Below the pieces are notes generated by a model that was not told the DNA's origin, searched no databases, and saw nothing but the letters and a program-made list of their open reading frames with translations. A DNA stretch of 64,000 nucleotides from a virus. How positions within the stretch are numbered: the first letter of the stretch is position 1; each line of letters opens with the position of its first letter. This document shows positions 18,771 to 28,404 of this stretch, piece by piece. The translations under genes and the position numbers were made by a program. Location of the stretch: the IMG/VR virus record IMGVR_UViG_3300025646_005482, positions 1-64,000 of that record, one strand, 5' to 3'.

Positions 18771-18917
18771 TGTAAATATTAACACAAAAAAGTCTAAGAA
18801 AATCTCTTTCAAAATCAATAACTTGCAAGTGTCCAGAAACTCTAATAAAATCAATAACTTAGAGGTGTACAGGGGCCCCTCCATGGGGTATAATCTATCT
18901 TGTAAATTAATGAAGGA
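18771..18917 (+). repeat. ~145-bp dispersed repeat, copy 1: tandem IHF-like boxes plus early promoter
   Basis: Similar to 38711-38856; AATCAATAACTT(G/A) at 18813-18825 and 18849-18861; TGTACA (18866)-17 nt-TATAAT (18889). Confidence 0.8.
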
Positions 18918-18923
18918 AGCGAC

Positions 18924-20787
18924 ATGCGAGACGAAATTTTAGCCATCTACGAAAAGCACTCTTTCACTATCGGAGGCCAGTGGTTTTGTTCTTTCGATTC
19001 TGTGTACGATGATCTTCGTGATCTCTTTCCTCGTAAAAATCACGAGCAAGTCTGCGAACTGATGGAGCAATATCAACGATGAGTTATTGGAATTCTAACG
19101 GTACCTATCAATCACAGTACGAAGAGCTGTTCAAGCTTGTTCCTCGCGAAGGCGAAGTCAAGAAAGGTATGTGCAAGCATGTCTTCTCGCTCGAGCGTTT
19201 TCGTAAAGCATGCAACAGCTACTACGATGTGCACAATAACGGTGGTGGTAACCGCGATGCTGCAACCGCTCGCTTCTTTCCTGGTGCTCTCAGCGAGATT
19301 CGTAACTCGTGGAAGTATGGTGTGAGTATTAGATGGGACTACATTGATCGTATCTGTGAAGAGAAGATGGATGAGATCATTCGTGAAGCTTATATCAAAA
19401 ACATCGGAGACATTTCATAATGTGGGGTTTTGTGGTATTATTAGCAGTATGGATGACATACGTTGAGACTGAGATGCCCAATCGAGTCTCCGAATGTCAA
19501 TTTGATAACTCTTGTGAAATTTTAGAGGAAGAAGATAATGCATGATGCGATCATTTGGATGGTGACTTACGAAGGCCAATGGGATGGCAAGAAAGGTGAG
19601 TCGCCATATAAGTGGACAGCTCCGTCTGCGGGTGCAGCGATGGAGTTAGTCGAAGAATTGGAACAGCAATATCCAGATCGCAAGTGGAGAATCGAGGAGA
19701 AAGACGTATCATGAATACGAGTGATCTTATTCGACATATCTTGAGCAGTGTCGAACACATGTCTAAAGAAGCTGACGACCGTGCTGTCGATAACCCGTCT
19801 GCACACAACATTGGTGTGGCCGATGGTATCGATCAGGTACGCAATCTTCTTTTTGGTATTGATTATGAGTGGACAGAGATGATGTCCGCAAGGAGTGAAT
19901 ATGACTTATAGAGTAACAGTACATCACGAAGGAGTCGACAAAACTGGTCGACCTCTATCATCTGGTGACATCAACTGTATTGGTGGTGATGATACTCGTG
20001 TTTTCTTTGATAGAGCAGAGGCAGAATCTGCATTCGAATCTTTTTGGGCTACTTTTCGTGGTGGCAATCCACGAGCTGACAGCTCACAGATGAATTTTAC
20101 TAAAGTCAGCTTGTACCGATATGATGGTTTGAATGCTGATCAAACTGCTGAGTATACACTCATCCGTTTTGCTCAATCACAGGAGAGAATCAGTGTTGAA
20201 GTATGATGTAATGCCAGATCTTGCTTGTATTCCTATTGGTGGTACGAGCCTTCAAGGTCGTATTGAAATCTCTTATTATGAGTTGGTTCAAATATTAGGT
20301 GAACCTACAAGCTGTGAACCATCTGCGGATGATAAGATTCGTGTAGAGTGGGTCATCGAGTTCTATGATGAGATCGCAGACGATTATGCTATCGCTACCA
20401 TCTACGATTGGAAAGAAGACAAGCCTATCGAGTGGGTAACTGATTGGCACATCGGTGGTTTCAAGCCGAATGCAAACAGTTTCGTATATGAAATGGTGAG
20501 GGAGTTTAATGCCAAAAGGACGTAAAGCCGATCGAAAAATGGTCGAACCTACAAAGCCAAAGATGTTCGAACCTTCGGAACCCTATACTGTGCCTAAAAC
20601 CAAATTTAAAAAGGGAGGTGTGATTTACAAGGAGGGAGATAGGGTACATATATCAGATACTGATGGTGAATATGAAGGTAGGATAATGAATATTCTCTCA
20701 TCACAAATGGTAGTGAGACTCGATGAAGAAAATCCAAATAAAGATAGATTTTTCTTCACCACTGGAATGAAGATTAAAAAATGTTAG
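18924..20787 (+). other. run of small early hypothetical genes (about 18924-19082, 19079-19420, 19420-19544, 19538-19714, 19711-19911, 19895-20206, 20193-20525, 20509-20787)
   Basis: Tightly overlapping short ORFs, most with GGAG/AGGA SDs, downstream of an early promoter; no recognisable domains. Confidence 0.6.
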
Positions 20788-21332
20788 AGAAGCCACTCTT
20801 TCCCACAATGTTTTACGAAACACGGATCAATAAAGATCTGTGTTTCGCTATGCTTGATGAGATCAAATCAAAGCAACATATGATCGAGACTGTCAGTGAA
20901 GCAACACAAATTCAACCAATATCAGATTATTCCACTGACTTTAGTCATACTATTCGCATAGATCATTTTTGGGATCACGTAGTGCCACAACTACAAGATG
21001 AGTGGAAACAGTTGGGCAGAGAGATGATTAACATCCATCCATGGGTATCATGTTATACAGGTCCATCAGGTCATCATCCTTTACATAACCATTCTCAAGG
21101 CTATGACGCTAGATTGCATTATTCTGCAATCATCTATCTGACTGAAGTAGGCATGACTGACTTCTTTAGTACAGACGCCACGGCTCACACATCACAGCAC
21201 TGCGAGAAATCAGAAGTTGGTAAAGTAGTATACTTCCCTTCGATAGTGCCTCACCAGTATAGATCTGAACACTTTGATGGTAATGCACGATATACATTAC
21301 CTTTTAATTGTGAGCTTGTAAGTTTAACATAA
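20781..21332 (+). CDS. 2OG-Fe(II) oxygenase (TIGR02466-like)
   Basis: HPLHNH, YSAIIYL, VVYFPSIVPH, RYTLPFN. Confidence 0.75.
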   Translation: MLEKPLFPTMFYETRINKDLCFAMLDEIKSKQHMIETVSEATQIQPISDYSTDFSHTIRIDHFWDHVVPQLQDEWKQLGREMINIHPWVSCYTGPSGHHPLHNHSQGYDARLHYSAIIYLTEVGMTDFFSTDATAHTSQHCEKSEVGKVVYFPSIVPHQYRSEHFDGNARYTLPFNCELVSLT

Positions 21333-21358
21333 CTTTAATATTGGGCTTATTTTTCCCG

Positions 21359-21400
21359 CGTAAATAATCCTGAGCAATACGCTCACAATCTCAGGAGATA
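21359..21400 (+). promoter_or_regulatory. late promoter-like TAAATA followed by an SD-sequestering hairpin
   Basis: CGTAAATA, then TCCTGAG (21368-74) pairing with CTCAGGA (21390-96) over the AGGAG SD. Confidence 0.5.
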
Positions 21401-21404
21401 ACTA

Positions 21405-24200
21405 ATGAAACATTTAGCATTAGTTCTTGCGTTTGTATTTTCGATGGGTGCCTTTGCGGATCATGTCGAATATGTCAGACAAGAACTACCACAATTAAAC
21501 GAAGAAATTTTAGCAGGTAGCGATTACCCCTACGAACTCAAAACAGTTCCCCTCTCTAACCTAATTCCCGTTCAGGTTGACCGAGTTCCTAATCTCAAGA
21601 AGCATGAGAAGAAACTCATCGAAGCACAACAAGATACCTATCGTCCATTAGTAGTGGATCACAGTTTTCACATTATCGATGGTCACCATCGGTATGATGC
21701 CCTCACTGAACTTGGTATCGAAAATGTAAGGGTATTCCACGTGCATGCAGATATTTCTGATGTTGTGGTTGCATTCGCCGATTATCAAGACGACACACCA
21801 ACCGTACCTGTTGGTTATCAAGAAGAAGTTGTCGTAGTTGGTACTTGGGCACAATTGAAAAATGCAGCAGATAGACAAGAGCAGTCAGATAATCTGATCA
21901 GCGTAGTTGATTCTGATGCGCTCGGTTCTTTTGCAGATACTACAGCAGCAGATGCAATCAGTCGTCTGAGTGGTATCAGCGTTGAGAATGATCAAGGTGA
22001 AGGTAGATATGTCACTATTCGCGGTCTCAGTTCTGATTTGAATAGTGTAGCAGTAAACGGTGCCTCTGTAGTTGCTCCTGAAAATGGACGCAGTGTCATC
22101 ATGGACGGACTCCCCACCGAGTTGCTTGATAGCATCGAAGTAGCAAAGACACTTACACCTGAGATGGATGCTGATAGCATCGGTGGGCGAGTCTCTTTTG
22201 AAACAAAGAAGCCCACCGACCTAGATGGTACATTCCTTAAAGTAAAAGTTTCAAGCAAGTTTGCTGACTATTCAGACTACAAGCAAGCACCAAACTTTTC
22301 AGTTACATACGGTGACAGGATAACAGATAACACTGCACATATTCTTGGTATCACATACTCAAATCGTTATATCAATTCATACAACAACGAGACTGGATTT
22401 GGTTGGGAAGATGGGTTGATGAATGATGATTGGGAAATGCGTTACTATGAAGTACAGCGTGAACGATATGGATTTAGTTACGATATCAACTCAGACATCA
22501 ATGATGACTTAATGGTCTATGCTGGTTTGTTCTATAACATGTACGATGAATCAGAAGTGCGATTGAAGAATGAATACGGCAAGATAAAAGAAGCAGGTGT
22601 GTTAGAGAATGGTATGATAACTTCTCGTATCAGACACGACGCTGAATCTCGAGTCAGATATGAAACGCGACATATCGGAGCATTCAACACTGGATTTGAA
22701 ACAATGGTTGGTGAATGGTTCATTGATGGTCAAATATCTTATTCATGGGCAGAGGAAGATGACAGTGACAATGCTGACATTACTTTCCGAAACTATGACA
22801 AAGATTTTGGTGGTGAGTTTAACTGGTCAAATCCACAGACTCCATACTTCACAGCATACGATGCTGGATTACGAGATCCTGCGAATCTAGAGTTTGATGC
22901 ATTTGAAATGTGGGAAAACGTCAGTAAAGATAACGAGATCAGCGTAGCATTTAATGCCGAAGCTCTCGTATTTGATAATGCATTGATGAAGACTGGTGTT
23001 AAATATCGTTCGCGAGAAAAACAAGTCGATGATTATATTATTGCATATCAGTGGGACAAAACTCTAGCAGACTTCAATTATTGGACTGCGCCTGGATGGA
23101 AGTTCGGTGATCAGACATTTGGTAATCATTTGACACCATCTGACACCTACGGTTTGCGCGATCTGGTTGATCAAATGGAAGTAGATTTTTCAGACGATCT
23201 TTCAAGAGACTTCACTACCAATGAAGATATCGCGGCTGCTTATGTCCAGTTTACCAACGAGTATGATTGGGGCGTGGTGATTATCGGCGCACGTTACGAA
23301 CACACTCAGTGGGACAGTCAAGCATATGACCAAGACGGCAATCGTGTCTACAGAGAAAAGTCATATGGATTCTTTGCTCCAAGTGCAACGATGAAATACT
23401 ACGTGACGAATGATATTCAGTTACGTGGTGCTATATGGACATCGCTGTCACGTCCTGGTTTCTCAGAGTCTGCTCCTAAAATGAATGTTGATTATGACTA
23501 CAGCGGTGACGTAAGTGGATCTGTCGGCAATCCTGAGTTAGACCCATACGAGGCAATCAACTTTGATCTCTCTCTTGAGTATTATTCTGATAACGCATAT
23601 GCCACTGTCGGAGTGTTTCGTAAAGAGATTTCTAATGCTATCTACCCTACGCTTCAAAAGACAGGCACTTTTAATGGTGTGACTTTTAACGATGGAGTGG
23701 AAACATATATCAATGCAGATGACTCTTGGATCAATGGACTTGAAGTTGCAGGTCAGTATGGTTGGGATAATGGTCTCTACGTTGCTGCTAATATTACCTT
23801 GACAGAAAGCGAGTCAAAGTTCAATTTCGACGGTGATGATGTGTTTACCACCGACTTTCGTAAACTTGCAGGAGAAGCAGCAAACCTGAGTGTTGGATAT
23901 AATAAGGCACCTTGGGATGTTCGCTTAGCAGTCAATCATCGTGGAGACTTTGTAGATTGGTTTGCTGATGAAGACGGAGATATTGGTTCATTGAATGAAA
24001 ACAATATTCGATATGTTGATGCACATACGCAGGTAGATCTAACAGTAAAGTATGATGTTACTGATAATCTTACATTGAGATTTAATGCAGTAAATCTAAA
24101 TGATGAGCCCGAATACTACTACTGGGGCAATTCTAACCAGTTATCACAGTATGATAAATTCGGTGTCTCTTACAATGTTGGATTTACTTATAGTTTGTAA
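21405..24200 (+). CDS. TonB-dependent outer-membrane receptor with an N-terminal ParB/Srx-like domain
   Basis: Signal peptide (..AFA-D); IIDGHHRYDAL at aa 90-100; TonB box EEVVVVG at aa 140-146; plug motifs GEGRYVTIRGL and IEVAKTLTPEMDADSIGG; barrel motifs GNPELDPY, NAVNLNDEP and terminal VGFTYSL. Confidence 0.92.
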   Translation: MKHLALVLAFVFSMGAFADHVEYVRQELPQLNEEILAGSDYPYELKTVPLSNLIPVQVDRVPNLKKHEKKLIEAQQDTYRPLVVDHSFHIIDGHHRYDALTELGIENVRVFHVHADISDVVVAFADYQDDTPTVPVGYQEEVVVVGTWAQLKNAADRQEQSDNLISVVDSDALGSFADTTAADAISRLSGISVENDQGEGRYVTIRGLSSDLNSVAVNGASVVAPENGRSVIMDGLPTELLDSIEVAKTLTPEMDADSIGGRVSFETKKPTDLDGTFLKVKVSSKFADYSDYKQAPNFSVTYGDRITDNTAHILGITYSNRYINSYNNETGFGWEDGLMNDDWEMRYYEVQRERYGFSYDINSDINDDLMVYAGLFYNMYDESEVRLKNEYGKIKEAGVLENGMITSRIRHDAESRVRYETRHIGAFNTGFETMVGEWFIDGQISYSWAEEDDSDNADITFRNYDKDFGGEFNWSNPQTPYFTAYDAGLRDPANLEFDAFEMWENVSKDNEISVAFNAEALVFDNALMKTGVKYRSREKQVDDYIIAYQWDKTLADFNYWTAPGWKFGDQTFGNHLTPSDTYGLRDLVDQMEVDFSDDLSRDFTTNEDIAAAYVQFTNEYDWGVVIIGARYEHTQWDSQAYDQDGNRVYREKSYGFFAPSATMKYYVTNDIQLRGAIWTSLSRPGFSESAPKMNVDYDYSGDVSGSVGNPELDPYEAINFDLSLEYYSDNAYATVGVFRKEISNAIYPTLQKTGTFNGVTFNDGVETYINADDSWINGLEVAGQYGWDNGLYVAANITLTESESKFNFDGDDVFTTDFRKLAGEAANLSVGYNKAPWDVRLAVNHRGDFVDWFADEDGDIGSLNENNIRYVDAHTQVDLTVKYDVTDNLTLRFNAVNLNDEPEYYYWGNSNQLSQYDKFGVSYNVGFTYSL

Positions 24201-24479
24201 CTATACTAACGCAACGCTTTGTACTTCACATACTAAATCTTTTGAGAGTCGTACGTGAGTACCTTTTTGTAATTTCCTACTGCGTACAGTAAATTCTGTC
24301 ACTTCGGCTGGCTGTATATTACAACTAGTAAGTACAGCCCAGTCGTTGCCTTTTTTGTCGGTCAGATGAATAGTATTGTCTGAAATACGAACAACTGGTT
24401 CGAGTGTTCTGGTAGGAATAATATCAGCATGTACAAATGCTGGTGAGAGTAGTAGAATGGCTACTAATAGATTTTTCAT
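24201..24479 (-). CDS. small exported protein
   Basis: Signal peptide MKNLLVAILLLSPAFVHA; GAAGGAG SD; two Cys. Confidence 0.7.
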   Translation of the reverse strand: MKNLLVAILLLSPAFVHADIIPTRTLEPVVRISDNTIHLTDKKGNDWAVLTSCNIQPAEVTEFTVRSRKLQKGTHVRLSKDLVCEVQSVALV

Positions 24480-24511
24480 GGATTGCTCCTTCCGTCGTCA
24501 CGACGAGTATT

Positions 24512-24529
24512 GTTACAGTTTTGTTACAG
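24512..24529 (-). promoter_or_regulatory. Pho-box-like 11-bp direct repeat
   Basis: Minus strand CTGTAAC-AAAA-CTGTAAC, compared with the PhoB consensus CTGTCAT-A(A/T)A(A/T)-CTGT(C/A)A(C/T). Confidence 0.4.
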
Positions 24530-24578
24530 CTCTATTAGTATATATACAAAATTTACATTAGGGTCCGTGTAAAAATTT

Positions 24579-24682
24579 AATAAATATTTGTTGTGATACC
24601 GGGGACACGGGTCACACGACCTCTACGCCGAAAATCGGGTAGAGTTTAACAACAACCTTGCTTTAAATAGGAGGCCGTTATG
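24579..24682 (+). promoter_or_regulatory. late promoter plus structured hsp20 5'UTR with a ROSE-like RNA thermometer
   Basis: AATAAATA at 24579; two hairpins; then CCTTGCT-TTAAAT-AGGAGG, with UUGCU opposite the SD. Confidence 0.55.
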
Positions 24683-25129
24683 GTTAGTAAAGCATTTTCT
24701 TTTCCACGTTCACACTTCATTGGTTTTGACCACATTTGGAATGATATCGCTCGTTTGTCAGAGATGTCCGACAACAAGCTGTATCCTCCTCACAACGTAG
24801 TCAAAAAGGATGATGTGCATTTTTCAGTAGAGCTGGCACTCGCTGGATATTCCAAAGAAGAACTCACTGTTGAGGTCAAAGACGGAATTCTAGTAGTGAC
24901 AGGTGCTAAAAATGAGGAGACTGAACGTGAGTATCTCCACCGTGGTATTTCTGCAAAGAAATTCACGCGTACTTTCAGACTGTCCGAACACGTTGTTGTA
25001 GACGGAGCAGACTTCAGAGATGGATTACTCGTTATCGATTTGAGAGTTGAAATCCCAGAAGAAAAGCGTCCTCGCATTGTCCAAATTGGTAAAACCAAAG
25101 GCAAAAAACAACTTTTAACTGAGGACTAA
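24680..25129 (+). CDS. hsp20: small heat shock protein (IbpA/Hsp20 family)
   Basis: FIGFD, YPPHNVVK, ELALAGY, YLHRGISAKKFTRTFRL, GLLVIDL, PEEKRPR. Confidence 0.95.
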   Translation: MVSKAFSFPRSHFIGFDHIWNDIARLSEMSDNKLYPPHNVVKKDDVHFSVELALAGYSKEELTVEVKDGILVVTGAKNEETEREYLHRGISAKKFTRTFRLSEHVVVDGADFRDGLLVIDLRVEIPEEKRPRIVQIGKTKGKKQLLTED

Positions 25130-25378
25130 AAATGAAACACACTGAGGTATTTCGAAAGAGAAACACTTTCGGATATTACGTCATAGGCGCGTTAGTTTTG
25201 TCTTCTGTTGTTCATAGCGTAGCATTGCTCGTTTGAACGATAGAGAACTTGAGGAATGGGTTGATGCCAATCCAGGCCTTGCAAACGCGGTGATACCAAC
25301 GTGTATAGTCTTAGGTGCTGTAACTTTGCAGGCCTGTATGATTGGACTTATATCATGGTTTTTGTATATACACTCGTT

Positions 25379-25825
25379 TTAGACATTTTCCATACGAGTC
25401 ATCAATCTCTCTGCACGGTTAGTCACTTGTCTATACCACAACGAATCGCGGCCCTCTGTGGCCGCGGTTTTCCAATCATGATCAAGGATTGCAGCATTGA
25501 AATTCTTAAACTTTGAGAGACGAGTTCGACCCATGTTGAACATCATATTAACCAAGATCTGCTGGACTTCGTCTGGTAGGTCGTTAAAGTTCCCTCTGCC
25601 GTATAGAGCGTCACATTCTCCAATGGCAAGGTCAAGGTCTGCTTCGAAACACTCCTTAACTCTTTGCTCCGTAACTGGAGTTCCGGTTGGTTGACCGGAT
25701 TCCGGGTCACTCTCGAGGACAAGGTGACCAACTCCAAACGTGGGGTAACCGAGGTGATCGTTGTAGATGACATATTCGACTCCTTCGTCGATCTTAAGTT
25801 GTTCGTAGACAGCTTCACGGTTCAT
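25379..25825 (-). CDS. T4-type lysozyme (GH24), probable endolysin
   Basis: LKIDEG...YNDHLGYPTFGVGHL (E-x8-D-x5-T triad), NMMFNMG, SLWYRQVTNRAERL. Confidence 0.9.
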   Translation of the reverse strand: MNREAVYEQLKIDEGVEYVIYNDHLGYPTFGVGHLVLESDPESGQPTGTPVTEQRVKECFEADLDLAIGECDALYGRGNFNDLPDEVQQILVNMMFNMGRTRLSKFKNFNAAILDHDWKTAATEGRDSLWYRQVTNRAERLMTRMENV

Positions 25826-25853
25826 TTACTTTTCCTATATTTTGTGGTAGAAT
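25825..25853 (+). promoter_or_regulatory. early promoter of the DNA polymerase gene
   Basis: TTTACT-17 nt-TAGAAT with extended TG, about 7 nt upstream of ATG 25861. Confidence 0.6.
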
Positions 25854-25860
25854 GGTTTAC

Positions 25861-28404
25861 ATGATGACAGACTTTTACACCAATGTTTCTCAGTACGGTA
25901 ACTATCTGTATGTTCGTGGTTTCAACGAGGATGGCTCGCGAATGCAGCGTCGGTTCGTATATGAACCCTACCTCTTTGTTCCATCTAACGTAGAGACTGG
26001 TTACACAGACATTCACGGTAACCATGTGCAGAAGAAGATGTTCGATAACATCAGACATGCACGTGATTACATCAAGAGATACGAGGAGGTCGAAGGATTC
26101 AATGTCTACGGCCTCGATCGTTATCCTTATGTATTTATATACGACACCTTTCGAAACCAAGAAGTTGACACGAGCAAGATCAATGTAGTCAACATCGACA
26201 TCGAGGTGGCATCAGACGATGGTTTCCCCGAACCTGAAGACGCTGACAAAGAAATCACAGCTATCGCTCTTCGTCGTCGTAATATGACAGTCGTACTCGG
26301 TTGTGGTGACTTCAAGTCAAACGACAAGAATGTGTACTACATCAAGTGCAAGCACGAATATCATTTGCTACATAAGTTTCTCGATGTGTGGCAAAACATG
26401 GATCCAGATGTTATCACTGGTTGGAACACAGAGTTCTTCGATATTCCGTACCTCGTCAATCGTATCACTAAAATCCACAGCGAAGAGATGGCACAACGTC
26501 TCTCACCGTGGGGTATCATCAAAGAAAAGCGTGTGTTCCGTCAAGGCAGTGACAAGCAATCACAGACATTCCAAATCTTCGGTGTGTCAAGCCTCGACTA
26601 TCTCGCCATCTACAAGAAGTTTCGACTACAACCTCGCGAATCGTACAAACTCGACTTCATTGCCGAGACAGAACTCGGTACCAAGAAGTTGGACTACAGC
26701 GAGTACGGTAACTTGCACGAGTTGTACAAGAACAACTTCCAAAAGTTTATCGAATACAACATTCGTGACACAGACCTCATCTTCGACTTAGAAGAAAAAC
26801 TCGGCTTCATCGAACAGATCTATGCGATTGCTTATGATGCAAAGGTCAATTACAACGACACTCTCGCCACTGTTGGTATCTGGGATGTGATCATCCACAA
26901 CTATCTGATGGATCAGAACAAGGTCGTATCGATGAAACGTCCACCTAAGTCCGATCGTATGATCGAAGGTGGTTACGTCAAAGAACCTATCGTTGGCATG
27001 CACAAGTGGGTAATGTCATTCGACCTCAACTCTCTGTATCCACACCTCATTCAGCAATACAACATCTCGCCTGACACTGTGATCAGCAAGACAGATGACC
27101 TGTTCACTATCACGAAGGATGCGAGTGTTGATACGGTACTCAACGAAGAACTCGACCTGACTGCGCTGAAACATTACAATGTGACCATGACACCGAACGG
27201 TAAGATATACCGTAAGGATTATCAAGGCTTCTTGCCTACTCTCATGGCCAAGATGTACGATGATCGTGTGTTGTACAAGAAGAAGATGTTCGAAGCGAAG
27301 TTGGCCAATCAGAAGAATCCATCACGTGAACTACAGATTGACATCAGTCGATACCATAACCTACAACACGCCAAAAAGATTCAGCTGAACGCAGCTTATG
27401 GTGCACTCGCCAACAAATACTTCCGATGGTTCGACAACGAGAATGCCGAGGCCATCACCATGGCTGGTCAGTTGTCTATTCGATGGATCGAGAAGAAACT
27501 CAATGTATGGATGAACAAGATACTCGAGACAAAAGGTCGTGACTACGTAGTCGCAATCGATACCGATTCGGTGTATGTCTCATTCGACAAGATGGTCGAG
27601 ATGACTAAACCAAAAGATCCTGTAGAATTCCTTGACAAGGTTGCAAAGCAACAAGTCGAAACATTCATCGATCGATCGTATCAAGAACTTGCCGACTACA
27701 CGAATGCATATGCACAGAAGATGATCATGAAACGTGAGAACATCGCTGACAAGGCCATCTGGACGGCCAAGAAGCGATACATCATGAATGTGTATGACTC
27801 CGAAGGTGTACGTTACGACGAGCCTGATCTCAAGATGATGGGCATCGAAGCCATTCGATCGTCAACTCCTGCGGTATGTCGCGAGTACATTAAGAAAACA
27901 CTCGAACTCATCATGTCTACAGACGAAGCCACTGTGCAGAAATACATCGCAGACATTCGTAAAGAATTTAGAACACTCAGCTTCGAAGAGGTTGCATTCC
28001 CTCGTAGTGTTAACTTTGTCAAGTGGGAAACTAACCACAAAACTGGTCAACGATTTCCTGGTACGTACGCCGATAAGGATACTATTTACAAAAAGGCTTC
28101 ACCGATTCAGGTCAAAGGTGGTCTGATATACAACCACTATTTGCATAAATATAACCTAACTAAAAAATACGAGGAAGTCAAAAGCGGTGAGAAGATCAAG
28201 TTCAGTTACTTGGTCAAACCGAATCCATTCAGAGATACTGTGATCTCATGTCCTGATGTATTACCACCCGAATTTGGCCTAGAAAATTATATTGACTATG
28301 ATACACAATTTGTCAAAGGCTATCTCGATCCAATCGAAATCATCTTACATGCTATCGGTTGGAAGTCTGAGAAAGTTGCAACACTTGAGGATTTCTTTGC
28401 ATGA
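25861..28404 (+). CDS. gp43: family B DNA polymerase
   Basis: ExoI DIEV, GWNTEFFDIPY, SFDLNSLYPH, KKIQLNAAYG, AIDTDS, KKRY; C-terminal clamp motif LEDFF. Confidence 0.98.
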   Translation: MMTDFYTNVSQYGNYLYVRGFNEDGSRMQRRFVYEPYLFVPSNVETGYTDIHGNHVQKKMFDNIRHARDYIKRYEEVEGFNVYGLDRYPYVFIYDTFRNQEVDTSKINVVNIDIEVASDDGFPEPEDADKEITAIALRRRNMTVVLGCGDFKSNDKNVYYIKCKHEYHLLHKFLDVWQNMDPDVITGWNTEFFDIPYLVNRITKIHSEEMAQRLSPWGIIKEKRVFRQGSDKQSQTFQIFGVSSLDYLAIYKKFRLQPRESYKLDFIAETELGTKKLDYSEYGNLHELYKNNFQKFIEYNIRDTDLIFDLEEKLGFIEQIYAIAYDAKVNYNDTLATVGIWDVIIHNYLMDQNKVVSMKRPPKSDRMIEGGYVKEPIVGMHKWVMSFDLNSLYPHLIQQYNISPDTVISKTDDLFTITKDASVDTVLNEELDLTALKHYNVTMTPNGKIYRKDYQGFLPTLMAKMYDDRVLYKKKMFEAKLANQKNPSRELQIDISRYHNLQHAKKIQLNAAYGALANKYFRWFDNENAEAITMAGQLSIRWIEKKLNVWMNKILETKGRDYVVAIDTDSVYVSFDKMVEMTKPKDPVEFLDKVAKQQVETFIDRSYQELADYTNAYAQKMIMKRENIADKAIWTAKKRYIMNVYDSEGVRYDEPDLKMMGIEAIRSSTPAVCREYIKKTLELIMSTDEATVQKYIADIRKEFRTLSFEEVAFPRSVNFVKWETNHKTGQRFPGTYADKDTIYKKASPIQVKGGLIYNHYLHKYNLTKKYEEVKSGEKIKFSYLVKPNPFRDTVISCPDVLPPEFGLENYIDYDTQFVKGYLDPIEIILHAIGWKSEKVATLEDFFA
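26132..26139 (-). promoter_or_regulatory. antisense late promoter inside gp43, probably driving the lysozyme
   Basis: Perfect TATAAATA on the minus strand about 300 nt upstream of the lysozyme ATG. Confidence 0.5.

Noticed and set aside
25822-26160. 112-aa minus-strand ORF abutting the lysozyme (possible holin)
   Set aside because: It is almost fully antisense to the conserved gp43 N-terminus, it starts upstream of the putative late promoter, and it has no convincing SD or clear TM pattern; probably a shadow ORF.
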